Below are positions 9,625 to 19,855 of a stretch of DNA of 64,000 bases, one piece after another. Where the stretch lies: NCBI GenBank assembly GCA_028288965.1, contig JAQGHD010000008.1, positions 22,390 to 86,389 on the forward strand, given 5' to 3'. How positions within the stretch are numbered: position 1 is the first letter of the stretch; every line of letters starts with the position of its first letter. The stretch comes from Candidatus Saccharimonadota bacterium. Its GTDB lineage: Bacteria > Patescibacteriota > Saccharimonadia > Saccharimonadales > JAQGHD01. The notes beneath the pieces were generated by a model. That model had not been told where the DNA came from, ran no database searches, and saw only the letters and a list, made by a program, of their open reading frames with translations. The position numbers and the translations under genes were made by a program.

Positions 9625-10482
9625 TTACAGATCTAGACTATGACTGGAGAGCTTGGCCTCAATTTTGTGGGTGGCTAAAGATTTGTTAAGTAATCTATAA
9701 AACTCGCTGCGCACTTTATATTGGTTGCTTGGCGAAGTTTGACCAATAATTTTGACCGTAATGCCATCATTGCTATACCCTTTGATACTGACTAGTTTAG
9801 GTGCCTGCTTAATTTTATGGGCCAGCTCTGGTTTGGCGGCTAACTCTTGGCCCACGTGATTAATAATGTGCTCTAGCTGCACAAGGTCGGTCTCGACCGG
9901 CACGGTCAGGTCTTCGTTTAGACTTGTGTAGCCGGAAGTTTTGTTGGTGGTGAGTTGGATAGTGCCATTCGGCACATGATGCACATACCCGTCCAGATCT
10001 CGGAGCACTGTGGTACGAATTGTAATAGACTCCACCACGCCACTGACGTTCCCAAGCTGGACAATGTCACCCACGCGGTATTGGTTCTCGGTAATTATAA
10101 AAATGCCGCTGACAAAATCTTTTATAAGACTCTGCGCGCCAAAACCTAGCGCCACTCCTAGAACGCCGGCACTGGCCAGCAGCGGGGCGGTGTTAATACC
10201 AAGTTCACCCACGATCATAATAGTAGCCACCAACCACACCACCACGCGTACCGTAGCGTTCACCAGACTACTCAGTGTCTTGATGCGTTTTTTGCGGTCC
10301 AGTTCGGTGGGGAACATGTCGCCCCGAATGGTTTGCCTGATAAGGCCATTAATAACCGTTGAGCCAAAGGTTCGCAGTACGTAGGCGCCCAGTACAATAA
10401 CGATCACATTAAATAAATGTTTATCGGCCCAATCGCTTAGTAAATGGCCTACATGTGTCAAGTTAGCGTCAAGCCCACCCAT
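9625..10482 (-). CDS. mscS: Small-conductance mechanosensitive channel family protein
   Basis: ALGFGAQSLIKDFVSG...YRVGD...PNG signature. Confidence 0.9.
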   Translation of the reverse strand: MGGLDANLTHVGHLLSDWADKHLFNVIVIVLGAYVLRTFGSTVINGLIRQTIRGDMFPTELDRKKRIKTLSSLVNATVRVVVWLVATIMIVGELGINTAPLLASAGVLGVALGFGAQSLIKDFVSGIFIITENQYRVGDIVQLGNVSGVVESITIRTTVLRDLDGYVHHVPNGTIQLTTNKTSGYTSLNEDLTVPVETDLVQLEHIINHVGQELAAKPELAHKIKQAPKLVSIKGYSNDGITVKIIGQTSPSNQYKVRSEFYRLLNKSLATHKIEAKLSSHSLDL

Positions 10483-10510
10483 AATTATTTTAAGTATACA
10501 GTACTGTGGC

Positions 10511-10975
10511 TTATTCGAACGGACGTGGTTTCACGATGGTTTCCAGAGGCCCCAGCGGTCGGTATTTCTGAGCAGACTTTTTGCCGTTTACGAAACTCCA
10601 TGGATGCGAATGGTAATTGGCTCTTTGCCGATCGTTGTAGTTTGCCGGGTCGCTGTAATCAATACCATATTTCTCGTCTGTCTTATGGCCAAAAGGGTAA
10701 AATTGCCTGGCTTGAGCTACGGCTTTATCAACTTCTGATTCCACTTCTTCTAGACGTTGTTTTTGTTCAGGTGTTAGCTCGCTGCCTAGGCCATGAAGCA
10801 GGTCGTCGTGCTGGCGCAAATACCGAATGACGCCATACACCCCTAAGCCACGTAGGTCACATACCTCATAGAGCGGATCTCCACCAAAGATATATTCATG
10901 AGTCGCGCCTTGGAGCTCCTCAATTTCAGCGTCGGTTTCAGTGTAAGTGTCGGCCATATAATCAGTATAAATCAA
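10511..10975 (-). CDS. Hypothetical protein
   Basis: 154-aa ORF overlapping the stop of the upstream phosphatase gene. Confidence 0.6.
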   Translation of the reverse strand: MIYTDYMADTYTETDAEIEELQGATHEYIFGGDPLYEVCDLRGLGVYGVIRYLRQHDDLLHGLGSELTPEQKQRLEEVESEVDKAVAQARQFYPFGHKTDEKYGIDYSDPANYNDRQRANYHSHPWSFVNGKKSAQKYRPLGPLETIVKPRPFE

Positions 10976-11757
10976 TACAGCTTCTCGTTGTAGAGATCTA
11001 GAAGCAACTTACCTTCATTGTCACGACCGAGTTCTGGGTGACCACGGTAGATAGTCACACCACCGTTGATGGGTTTTTCTTCTTGGTCTAGTCTTTGGAA
11101 TTCGTCGGCACCCAATCGTTCAAGATTGGCACGGAGCGAGAGTTTGAGTAAGTGATGTGTCACCGCCAAAACATTTTGCTCGTGATAGTCGCGTGTGGTT
11201 GTTACTAGCCATGAACGATTTCGCTCACGCACATCAGGCACACTTTCTCCCTGTGGGTATCGGTACCAGTATGGTCCATTCTTGTCGTAGAGTTTTTCTT
11301 GTTCGGGATGTAGCACATGAAAAATGCGCCAGTCGTTGTAAAGGAGGGCCAGGCCGTGCTCTTGTTCGCGCAAGCGTTCTTCTTCCACGGTTTTAACAGC
11401 CCGCAACTCTGGCCATCCAATGGCCATGGCATCCAGTGTTTGGTTTGTTCTGTCATATGGTGAAACAAAAATCACATCTGGCAGCTTAATAAGCTTAGAC
11501 AAATTTTTGCCGGTCTTCCGTGATTGTTCTAGGCCACGCTCGGTTAAAGGCGTGTCATGGTCGCCACAGTTAAGTACCATGGTTTCATCATCTAAAAGGG
11601 CATGGGCTAAAGCTCTGGCTCGATCGGGATCTTGACGCCTATCTTCATAGGCTTCCAAGAACTCTTGATAGGTGGGGTTGGCTTGTTTGGCGGCTTTGAG
11701 TGCGTTATAGGCAGACTCGCCGTGTCTGACTACCGTGAGTGATTCCGGCCATTTCAT
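10972..11757 (-). CDS. Histidine phosphatase (phosphoglycerate mutase-like) family protein
   Basis: RHGES, LTERG, SPYDR, LREQEHG, GES, VTHH motifs. Confidence 0.9.
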   Translation of the reverse strand: MKWPESLTVVRHGESAYNALKAAKQANPTYQEFLEAYEDRRQDPDRARALAHALLDDETMVLNCGDHDTPLTERGLEQSRKTGKNLSKLIKLPDVIFVSPYDRTNQTLDAMAIGWPELRAVKTVEEERLREQEHGLALLYNDWRIFHVLHPEQEKLYDKNGPYWYRYPQGESVPDVRERNRSWLVTTTRDYHEQNVLAVTHHLLKLSLRANLERLGADEFQRLDQEEKPINGGVTIYRGHPELGRDNEGKLLLDLYNEKLY

Positions 11758-11841
11758 TGCAGCCTCCGCAATTAACTGTCCTTACTGTACAATAAGTGTA
11801 ATAAAAACACAAACATAAAATCTGCTACTATAGCAGAGTAT

Positions 11842-12432
11842 ATGAAGATGTATAAAAAACTAAGCGACCAAGCGCTTATAGCTCAAATAACAGATGGGGC
11901 AGTGGGCATCCTGCCAACCGATACGCTGTATGGTTTGGTGTGCCGTGCCCAAGTTCAAACGGCCGTCCAGCGTTTATACAGTATTAAAAAGCTCACTAAA
12001 CCTGGAACAATCATTGCCGCAAGCGTGGAGCAGCTAGTTGAGCTGGGCTTAAAAGCACGCTATGTAAAAGCCGTAGAGAATTTTTGGCCAAGTGCCTTAA
12101 GCGTGGTGCTGCCGTGTGGCCCGGAACTGGCGTATTTACATCTTGGCAGCTACTCTCTGGCGGTTCGTATTCCTAAACATGCTGAGCTGCAAAACTTATT
12201 ACAAGCCACCGGACCATTACTCACCACTAGTGCCAACCCCACGGGTCAGCGGCCGGCCAACACCGTGACCGAAGCCCAAAAATATTTTGGCCAGGCCGTT
12301 GATTTTTACGTGGATGGCGGCAACTTAAGTGGCCAAAAACCCTCAACTATTATTAGAATAGTAGACGACGCGATTGAGGTTCTACGCGAGGGAGCTGTTA
12401 CTATAAATGAAAACGGGAGGATTACATCATGA
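11842..12432 (+). CDS. tsaC: Threonylcarbamoyl-AMP synthase (Sua5/YrdC)
   Basis: PTDTLYGL, AVRIP, TTSANPTG, PSTII. Confidence 0.9.
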   Translation: MKMYKKLSDQALIAQITDGAVGILPTDTLYGLVCRAQVQTAVQRLYSIKKLTKPGTIIAASVEQLVELGLKARYVKAVENFWPSALSVVLPCGPELAYLHLGSYSLAVRIPKHAELQNLLQATGPLLTTSANPTGQRPANTVTEAQKYFGQAVDFYVDGGNLSGQKPSTIIRIVDDAIEVLREGAVTINENGRITS

Positions 12433-12773
12433 CATTTCATGAATATCAGCAGCAGGCCATAACTACTGATGCTTACGGTGGTGTCCCCCAGCCAATTGAT
12501 TCTTTGGCCTTCATGAATAAACTACTGGGCCTGTGCGGCGAATCGGGCGAGGTGGCCGACAAATTTAAGAAGATCTATCGCAATAACGACGGCAAAATGA
12601 CAGAAACTGACAAGCAAGAAATCACCAAAGAATTAGGCGATGTGTTGTGGTATCTAAGCGCCATTGCCCACTACCTAGACATTCCCTTGAACCAGGTAGC
12701 CGAAGCCAATCTATTTAAATTATTCGACCGCAAAAAACGCGGTGTCATAAAAAGCACCGGCGACAACCGCTAA
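12429..12773 (+). CDS. MazG-like NTP pyrophosphohydrolase
   Basis: LGLCGESGEVADKFKK...ELGDVLWY...GDNR. Confidence 0.9.
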   Translation: MTFHEYQQQAITTDAYGGVPQPIDSLAFMNKLLGLCGESGEVADKFKKIYRNNDGKMTETDKQEITKELGDVLWYLSAIAHYLDIPLNQVAEANLFKLFDRKKRGVIKSTGDNR

Positions 12774-12774
12774 C

Positions 12775-14085
12775 CTAGTGATTGTCTTTTTTACTGCTAA
12801 AGTGATTGCGTATCCACTCGTCTAAACTGTCGCCACCACCACCGGCTATGGCCACCACCATATCGCCCTTGTCTAAATGCTGGTGAATGAGCTGGAGCAG
12901 GGCTTCATTGCGCTCACGGGGCTCGGCAATAGTTGGATCACTGAGGTGACTAATTAATTCCTCTGGTGGGATGATGCGGTCAGCCGGATCTTCGCGCGCC
13001 AGATAACTGGGGAGCCAGTAAACTTTGGCGGCACCAGCCAAGCAGTCTTGGTAGTCGTTCATCATGTGGTGTTGGCGACGGTTGGTCAATGGCTCGTACA
13101 CCACCACCACGTTTTTTTGTTGGCGAGCGGCCATTTCTAGCGCCACACTCATCGCCCCGCGAATTTTCTCAGGCGTGTGGGCATAATCGGTGTACAGGCC
13201 GGGCACAATTTCTTCCATTCTACGTTGCAAACCAGGAAATAGGTTCATATGCGCGGCCAGATCGTCAACTGGCTCACCAGTCAGCTTGTGAACCCCCTGG
13301 ATGGCTAGCCAGGCATCCAAACGGTTATACAGCCCAAACAGTGCTAATTTTTCTATCTCGTGCTCACTGGGGTCCAGCGTAGTTACACGGCTATCTTCTG
13401 GCAGGTGTAGGTAATCAAGATCATCTTGCCACAAAATGGCCGAAGAACTTTGCTTAATGAATTCCTTAAAAGCTTCTTGATAATCCTCTCTAGTGGGAAA
13501 AATCTCGTGATGATCCCAGCTTACCCCGCTAATCAGGCTCAGGTGTGGAGTAAACGCCAGAAAATTACGGTCAAATTCATCGCACTCGTACACAAAATAC
13601 TCAGAATCCTCTTGGTACTGGCCCATCTCGCCGTAAGAGATCTTGGCTCCCACCGAGTAGCTGATTGGCTGGCCAAGCTGCTTAAACAGCCAAACTACCA
13701 TGGCGGTGGTAGTAGTTTTTCCGTGTGTCCCGGCAATAGCCAACAATTTGAGTTTTTTATCACTCAAAATTTGATTCAATAATTCATCACGCTTGCTGGT
13801 TTTTATATCTTGATCATGGGCAAACACCAACTCTTCGTGATTGGGGTTCTCTAGGGGCAGAGCCGAGGAGTAGACCAGCCAATCAATTGGACGAATGTCG
13901 TGTAAGGCAGCGATTTGCTCCCTGGTCTGGCCAATATGAATATTGTTAATGCTGTGCTGACGAAGATATTGCACGTACTGCGAATCTTGCTTATCGGACC
14001 CGCTCACTTCATAGCCAGCTTGTTTGGCAATCAGCGCCAGCGGCCCAATAGCCGTTCCCCCAATGCCACTAAAGTAAATATGCAT
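12775..14085 (-). CDS. murC: UDP-N-acetylmuramate-L-alanine ligase
   Basis: GIGGTAI, VSGSD, AGTHGKTTTT, ECDEFDR, DYAHTP. Confidence 0.9.
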   Translation of the reverse strand: MHIYFSGIGGTAIGPLALIAKQAGYEVSGSDKQDSQYVQYLRQHSINNIHIGQTREQIAALHDIRPIDWLVYSSALPLENPNHEELVFAHDQDIKTSKRDELLNQILSDKKLKLLAIAGTHGKTTTTAMVVWLFKQLGQPISYSVGAKISYGEMGQYQEDSEYFVYECDEFDRNFLAFTPHLSLISGVSWDHHEIFPTREDYQEAFKEFIKQSSSAILWQDDLDYLHLPEDSRVTTLDPSEHEIEKLALFGLYNRLDAWLAIQGVHKLTGEPVDDLAAHMNLFPGLQRRMEEIVPGLYTDYAHTPEKIRGAMSVALEMAARQQKNVVVVYEPLTNRRQHHMMNDYQDCLAGAAKVYWLPSYLAREDPADRIIPPEELISHLSDPTIAEPRERNEALLQLIHQHLDKGDMVVAIAGGGGDSLDEWIRNHFSSKKDNH

Positions 14086-14227
14086 AACACCAGTATAAGG
14101 TGTAATCCATTCAGACTAAAGCATGAGCTGACCTTGGGTATTTTCACTCGAAAAATCTCAGGCGTGTAACGCACTTGAGAGGGAAAGTACCCAAGGTCTA
14201 CTGGCCTGCCGTATAATCAAAAGCAAG

Positions 14228-14845
14228 ATGAATAAAAAGTTGCATAATCTTTGGGCCGGGTTAAGGCATGTCAGCTATTGGTACTTCTTTGCCATTGCAG
14301 CGGTGAGTTTAATTGTAGCTATTGGGGCGCTGCGGCAAAACAACCTCACCGCGCTGCACTTGCGGGATCAAGTCAATAAAGTTGATCAGGCCAACGGCAA
14401 TGTAGAGGGCGCCCTAAGGACACTCCGAGGATACATTTATTCACACATGAACACCAATCTAGCCAGTGGCCCCAACGCCATCAAGCCGCCAGTCCAGTTA
14501 AAGTACACCTACGAACGCTTGGTAGAGGCTCAAAAACAAAGCGGCGACGCGGCCACGGCTAAGATTTACACCGAGGCCCAAAACTACTGCGAACAACAGT
14601 TCCCGCATGGCTTAAGCGGCAGTGGCCGGATTCCTTGTATTACTCAGTACATTACTTCTCACGGCGGCACTGCCCAGCAAACTATCCCAGAAGACCTCTA
14701 CAAATTTGACTTTGTGTCACCCAGTTGGTCACCAGATTTGGCTGGCTGGAGCTTGGTGATGTTTACGTTGTCGCTGCTCAGTGGCTTAGCACTTCTTGGA
14801 CTAGAGCTATGGGTTAAGGCTGATGTCAGAAAAGATTTAGCCTGA
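14228..14845 (+). CDS. Hypothetical membrane protein
   Basis: N- and C-terminal TMs; WSPDLAGWS. Confidence 0.75.
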   Translation: MNKKLHNLWAGLRHVSYWYFFAIAAVSLIVAIGALRQNNLTALHLRDQVNKVDQANGNVEGALRTLRGYIYSHMNTNLASGPNAIKPPVQLKYTYERLVEAQKQSGDAATAKIYTEAQNYCEQQFPHGLSGSGRIPCITQYITSHGGTAQQTIPEDLYKFDFVSPSWSPDLAGWSLVMFTLSLLSGLALLGLELWVKADVRKDLA

Positions 14846-15454
14846 TTATTTCTTAGGTGTGGTGGTCGGAGTGGTTGTGGCACCACTGCTTGGAGCAGCC
14901 GCCGGGGTAGTACACAGCTGACCGTTTGGATTCTGTTGCTTGTAGGTGCTAATGGCTTTGGCAACTTGCCCATCATCTTTAAGGTTTTCCCAGTAAACAA
15001 CATCGTCACGACGGATAACCATTTGATCTTGTGGGCCGTGAATTTCACACCCAAGCTTTACTAGTGAAATATTTTGCTGCTGATTCGTATTGGAATCTGG
15101 CTGGACAGTTTGGTTGGCCTTGAAGTAATAGATGTCAACTAAGCGGACATACTTATCGTTGACTTCTTTAATTCGTCCAAAATAAGGTGCCTGTGATTGA
15201 CCAATAACTACCACCTGCCATTTTTTTCCATCTACCAAGCGGCTTTCGGGCTTACCTTTAGCTAGTGCCAAAGATAGCACCAAAGCGACTAATAATATGG
15301 TTCCTGAAAACAATAAAGTAATTGTGGCGATCTTAAAAAATAAAAACGTTTTTTGGCGCCGCGACGTAGGGTGATGGCCAGCTACAGCTGCCGAGCCATT
15401 TACTGCAGGACGAGGCTCCGCGTTTTGACGATGAGTGCGATCTGAAAAATCCAT
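14846..15454 (-). CDS. Single-TM hypothetical protein, possible Sm-like beta domain
   Basis: YFGRI...L.DIYY...LVKLGCEIHGP.D.M.I....V.YWENL. Confidence 0.7.
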   Translation of the reverse strand: MDFSDRTHRQNAEPRPAVNGSAAVAGHHPTSRRQKTFLFFKIATITLLFSGTILLVALVLSLALAKGKPESRLVDGKKWQVVVIGQSQAPYFGRIKEVNDKYVRLVDIYYFKANQTVQPDSNTNQQQNISLVKLGCEIHGPQDQMVIRRDDVVYWENLKDDGQVAKAISTYKQQNPNGQLCTTPAAAPSSGATTTPTTTPKK

Positions 15455-15691
15455 TTATTTTCCACCTTTTGGTAATTAGCTTAACTGGTAACTAGTGTAA
15501 GGCATAAGCAGCATCAGATCAACTACTACCTTGACGATTGAGTAACAGAGGCGGCTAAAGTAACCATATAAAGGCTGTTGGTAGCAGCATTAACATAGCT
15601 AATTTTGGATAACAAGGGTTGACAAAAGAAAACAGTCCAGAGTATGTTAGGGGTACCATATAAGTCTTAAAGAGGGGAGAACTGTAGCACT

Positions 15692-15886
15692 ATGGCTTAC
15701 AAGCACACTAACTCTAAGGGTGTAACATATTACTTAAACTCAAAGGCAGTTACACTGCGGGGTGGTAAGGTTCAAACAATTTACTACTTCAGTAAAGACC
15801 AACGACCAGAAGCATCTGATTTGCCAGCAGATATGATGGTGAACGAAAACCCACGCAACGGGTTCCTGACCGTCAAGCGCAAGTAA
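15692..15886 (+). CDS. Small basic hypothetical protein
   Basis: TTGACA upstream, GAGGGG SD, downstream terminator. Confidence 0.8.
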   Translation: MAYKHTNSKGVTYYLNSKAVTLRGGKVQTIYYFSKDQRPEASDLPADMMVNENPRNGFLTVKRK

Positions 15887-15906
15887 CGTATACGTTTAGA
15901 AGAATG

Positions 15907-15938
15907 ACCGCTCAGGCATCGCGCCTGGGCGGTTTTTT
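15907..15938 (+). terminator. Intrinsic terminator
   Basis: ACCGCTCAGGC/GCCTGGGCGGT stem followed by a T-run. Confidence 0.8.
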
Positions 15939-16024
15939 AATACTCCATAATATATTTCAACACATTAGTTTTATTATAGCCGCAAGGGTTGCTCGTGATC
16001 AGATATCTGGGGTATATTGGATTG

Positions 16025-16780
16025 ATGACAAAAATAGTTGAGGTAAAAGATTTACGCAAAACTTATGGTGAAATGACGGCTGTAGATGGCATTAGCTTTG
16101 AGGTTCAGAAGGGCGAAGTCTTTGGCATTTTGGGGCCGAATGGCGCCGGCAAGACCACTACGCTGGAGATGATAGAGGCTATGCGGCCGATCGACGGCGG
16201 AGAAGTGACCCTCAGCGGCCTAAACGTGGCCCAAAACCCCTCGGCCATTAAGCGGATCATTGGTATTCAGCCCCAGTCTGTCTCTTTTCAGGACAAAACC
16301 CGGCTAACCGAGATCTTGGAACTGTTTGCAGCCGCCTACGGGGAAAAAGTTGATCCCATGAAACTGTTAGAAGAAGTGCAGCTATCTGAAAAAGCCAACA
16401 GTTATGTAGAAAATTTGTCCGGGGGTCAAAAACAACGCCTTAGCATTGCCGCTGCCCTGGTACATAATCCTAAGGTGTTCTTTTTGGACGAACCAACCAC
16501 CGGCCTGGACCCCCAAGCTCGGCGCAACCTGTGGGAGTTAGTTCAGCAAATCCAGAAAAAGGGCGTGACGGTGCTGATCACCACGCACTATATGGACGAG
16601 GCCGAGGTGCTGTGTGACCGCGTGGCCATTATGGACCAGGGCAAGATCATTGCGCTGGATAAGCCCAAGAATCTCATCAAGCAACTGCTGGGCCGGGGCT
16701 TTACCAAGCATCAAGAGGTAGAACAAGCCAACCTAGAAGATGTCTTTATTGATTTAACCGGCCGGGGGCTGCGCGACTAA
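16025..16780 (+). CDS. ABC transporter ATP-binding protein
   Basis: GPNGAGKT, LSGGQKQR, FLDEPTTGLDP. Confidence 0.95.
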   Translation: MTKIVEVKDLRKTYGEMTAVDGISFEVQKGEVFGILGPNGAGKTTTLEMIEAMRPIDGGEVTLSGLNVAQNPSAIKRIIGIQPQSVSFQDKTRLTEILELFAAAYGEKVDPMKLLEEVQLSEKANSYVENLSGGQKQRLSIAAALVHNPKVFFLDEPTTGLDPQARRNLWELVQQIQKKGVTVLITTHYMDEAEVLCDRVAIMDQGKIIALDKPKNLIKQLLGRGFTKHQEVEQANLEDVFIDLTGRGLRD

Positions 16781-17892
16781 TGAAACGAAAACTATTTACT
16801 GTTTGGGTGTTTGCCAAGCTCAACACCCGGCGCTTTTTCCGGGACCGTTTGGCGCTGTTTTTTGGCATTGCCTTTCCGGTGATCTTTTTATTCGTATTCG
16901 GCGGTATCTTTGGCAAAACCGGCAACACTGTCACCTTTCACGTTGCCCTTATTAACCAGTCCGACAGCCAGTTTGCCAAGCAGTTTACCCAGCGGCTTAC
17001 CGATAGCAAGACATTCAAAGTTGATAAAAATGTTCATAGCCTGGCTGAAGCTAACGACAAAATGAGCAAAAGCCAGGTAGACGCTACCATTGTGCTGCCC
17101 CAAGACTTTGGAACCATTAAGCAAGGTCAACCATACCCCTCCGGCCAGGCTCAAGTGCTCTATACCCAAAACAGCGAGCAAGGTGGCCAAACGCTGACCA
17201 CTGTTCTGCAATCCGAATTTAAGGATATAAATGCTCAGTTTGTGAAGAACCAAGAGCCGTTTACCGCTGTTGGTAAGCAGCTCAACCGTAAGAGTCTGAC
17301 CCAGTTTGATTATGTTTTTTCGGGCCTGCTCGGCTTTTCTATTATTGGTCTGGGCATTTTTGGGCCCATCAACGTCTTTCCGGAACTAAAAAAGCAAGGC
17401 ATTTTACGCCGGTTGCACACTACGCCCATCACCGTGTGGCAGTATTTTTTGTCGACCATGATTTCTCAAGCCGCCGTGGGGTTGGTATCACTAGCTGTCC
17501 TGTTTGCGGTAGCCATAGTGGTGTTTCACCTCAAGGTGGTCGGCAACTACCTAGAAATTATTCCGTTTTTGGTGCTGTCTATTGTTGCCATACTGGGTAT
17601 TGGCTTAGCCATTGGCGGCTGGGCCAAGAACGAACGGCAGGCCGCCCCCTTGGGCAACATGGTGGTTTTCCCGCTAATGTTTTTGAGCGGCACGTTCTTT
17701 CCACGCTTTTTAATGCCACAGTGGCTACAGACCGTCAGTGGCTACTTACCGCTGACTCCTGTTATTGACGGTGTTCGTCTGATAGCTACCGAGGGAAAGC
17801 ACCTCACTCAAATAGGTCCGCAGTTGGGGCTGATCGGCATTTGGATTATTATCATCTACATCATTGCTTTCCGCGTCTTCCGCTGGGAGTAG
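16780..17892 (+). CDS. ABC-2 permease with extracellular domain
   Basis: TM pattern, FLSGTFFP; coupled to the ATPase. Confidence 0.9.
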   Translation: MKRKLFTVWVFAKLNTRRFFRDRLALFFGIAFPVIFLFVFGGIFGKTGNTVTFHVALINQSDSQFAKQFTQRLTDSKTFKVDKNVHSLAEANDKMSKSQVDATIVLPQDFGTIKQGQPYPSGQAQVLYTQNSEQGGQTLTTVLQSEFKDINAQFVKNQEPFTAVGKQLNRKSLTQFDYVFSGLLGFSIIGLGIFGPINVFPELKKQGILRRLHTTPITVWQYFLSTMISQAAVGLVSLAVLFAVAIVVFHLKVVGNYLEIIPFLVLSIVAILGIGLAIGGWAKNERQAAPLGNMVVFPLMFLSGTFFPRFLMPQWLQTVSGYLPLTPVIDGVRLIATEGKHLTQIGPQLGLIGIWIIIIYIIAFRVFRWE

Positions 17893-17901
17893 AATAAAAG
17901 G

Positions 17902-18543
17902 GTGAAACTATCACCACGACAATTGCAAACATTTGCTTGGGCCCTGAGCGGTTTGGTAGCGTTACTGGCGGTTTTGGCCTGGGGGCAGGGCTACAGTTGG
18001 CAGGTCTCTAACAGCTACCAATTGTTTCCGCTGCTTGGTCTGCTGGCCTTTAGCCTGATGTGGTCACATTACATGGCCGCGGCTCTGCGCACCAGATTTA
18101 AATTAGACAAAGCGGTGCTGCACAGCTACTTTGAGGTCACCAGCTACGTGGTGTTGGTGGCTATATTACTGCACCCAGGACTACTGGCCTATCAGCTGTG
18201 GCGCGATGGCCTCGGCTTGCCGCCGGCCAGCGAACTGCATTATGTGCGGCAGTCGTGGCAGTGGGGTGTATTGCTGGGCATGACAGCGCTGGTGGTCTTT
18301 TTGGCCTACGAACTGCACCGTTGGTTCGATAACCGCGGCTGGTGGCGCTACGTCCAGTACGCCAGTGACGCCGCCATGGTGGCCATATTCATCCATGCGC
18401 TGCGTCTGGGCACACAGCTGCGCATGGGCTGGTTCAAATGGATCTGGTGGTTTTACGGCGTTAGCCTGTTGGCTACGCTGATTTACACCTATGCTCAAAA
18501 GCTCCAAGCCAATCGTCTCAAACAGGTTGCAAAACAGCCATAA
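17902..18543 (+). CDS. Polytopic membrane protein, possibly ferric-reductase-like TM domain
   Basis: About 6 TMs with His in TMs (LLHP, FIHAL). Confidence 0.6.
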   Translation: MKLSPRQLQTFAWALSGLVALLAVLAWGQGYSWQVSNSYQLFPLLGLLAFSLMWSHYMAAALRTRFKLDKAVLHSYFEVTSYVVLVAILLHPGLLAYQLWRDGLGLPPASELHYVRQSWQWGVLLGMTALVVFLAYELHRWFDNRGWWRYVQYASDAAMVAIFIHALRLGTQLRMGWFKWIWWFYGVSLLATLIYTYAQKLQANRLKQVAKQP

Positions 18544-18561
18544 GCGTGATATAATAGCAAT

Positions 18562-18903
18562 ATGTCCAATGAACAATTACCTCTTTTTGGTACGCCAGAC
18601 CAACTCCAATCAACTCCGGTAGCAGACGAGCAAACTGATAGTATTCGAAATAGCGCACCAGTTGATCCGTACGCAGAGCAGCAACTAGAGGCTCCGGAGG
18701 CCGTACCACGGCCAGCCGCTAGACCACGCCAGCGACGACCAGTCTATGAATTGCCGCGGCCAGGAATGAGTAATAGCCCTAGGAGCTTGTCGCCATTAGA
18801 GGCTCAAGCAGGCCTAACTGACGCTGAAATCGATAGGCGGCATAAGACCATTCTAGCTGGTATAGCTGCTATGAGAGCGGCCAAAAAAGACCAAGACAAT
18901 TAA
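18562..18903 (+). CDS. Hypothetical protein
   Basis: TTGCAA-N17-TATAAT 6 nt upstream of the ATG. Confidence 0.65.
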   Translation: MSNEQLPLFGTPDQLQSTPVADEQTDSIRNSAPVDPYAEQQLEAPEAVPRPAARPRQRRPVYELPRPGMSNSPRSLSPLEAQAGLTDAEIDRRHKTILAGIAAMRAAKKDQDN

Positions 18904-18983
18904 ATACTCCAGTAAATTCTTACTCGACCAAAACTCCCAGAAGTTGTAAACTGTTATATCTCTAAACGAGTAGGAGTTTTTAT

Positions 18984-19853
18984 ATGGCAAAATCGTCTAC
19001 TAGACAGTCCCCACAACCTGAACACCTTCATTGGGAAGAACAGGCGTTATTAGAAGTATCTCCTGAGGCCAGAGCTGCCCGCCGAACTAAAAAGCTGGCT
19101 GAGCGTGTCTTAGCTACCGATCAGCGACTGCGCGGCCGCCGTCGACCTGAGTATGACAACTCCAATCAGCTGCCATTTCCAGCCCCAGAAGCCATAAGCA
19201 ATGTAACCGTCTATAAATTGGCCATAACCCTTAAGAACAAACAACCGATTTTTGATGACTTCAATGATCATCATCGAGTTGATCCAAACCCGGTCAGTGT
19301 GGAACTTTATTGTTCCGCAACTGCCAAAAAGCGAATAGTTCGTCGGTCTGATGACGTTGCGCTGAATGCTGTCATCAAGCAAGCCTCTATTCGCCAGCAG
19401 CACCACATTGCTGACGGGCTGGAGCAAGGGGTACACGATGACTTATATATTGCGCGCCTGCGACACGAGTCATTAAAAACCACGCAATATCTTTTGAGAA
19501 ATGATAAGCCACTAGACCCCCAAGCGGCTGTGGGCGCCACCGATGCTATTGAAGATTTTGGTTATGGCTTATCCGCCCAACGAGATATCCTTAAAGCAAT
19601 GAAAGATGAAGACCTGGGATTTAGGATTGCCACCATCGGTCGTCAAGCGGCCAAAGATCCCCAAGTGCTTGGCCAAAATCAAGATTTACTAAGGCTCGTC
19701 CAGCAAGAGCAAACTGCCAGAATAAACTATTGGGAACTTCGTGACACATTCCTTATGGGGTTTCTTGGCGATAGACTGACAAATCAAATTCGGCTGGATG
19801 CTGCCGCTACAGAACAAGAAATTGCCCGCATGGCTGCCTTGCGTGAACAATAA
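18984..19853 (+). CDS. Hypothetical protein
   Basis: 289-aa ORF with AGGAG SD. Confidence 0.7.
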   Translation: MAKSSTRQSPQPEHLHWEEQALLEVSPEARAARRTKKLAERVLATDQRLRGRRRPEYDNSNQLPFPAPEAISNVTVYKLAITLKNKQPIFDDFNDHHRVDPNPVSVELYCSATAKKRIVRRSDDVALNAVIKQASIRQQHHIADGLEQGVHDDLYIARLRHESLKTTQYLLRNDKPLDPQAAVGATDAIEDFGYGLSAQRDILKAMKDEDLGFRIATIGRQAAKDPQVLGQNQDLLRLVQQEQTARINYWELRDTFLMGFLGDRLTNQIRLDAAATEQEIARMAALREQ

Positions 19854-19855
19854 CC

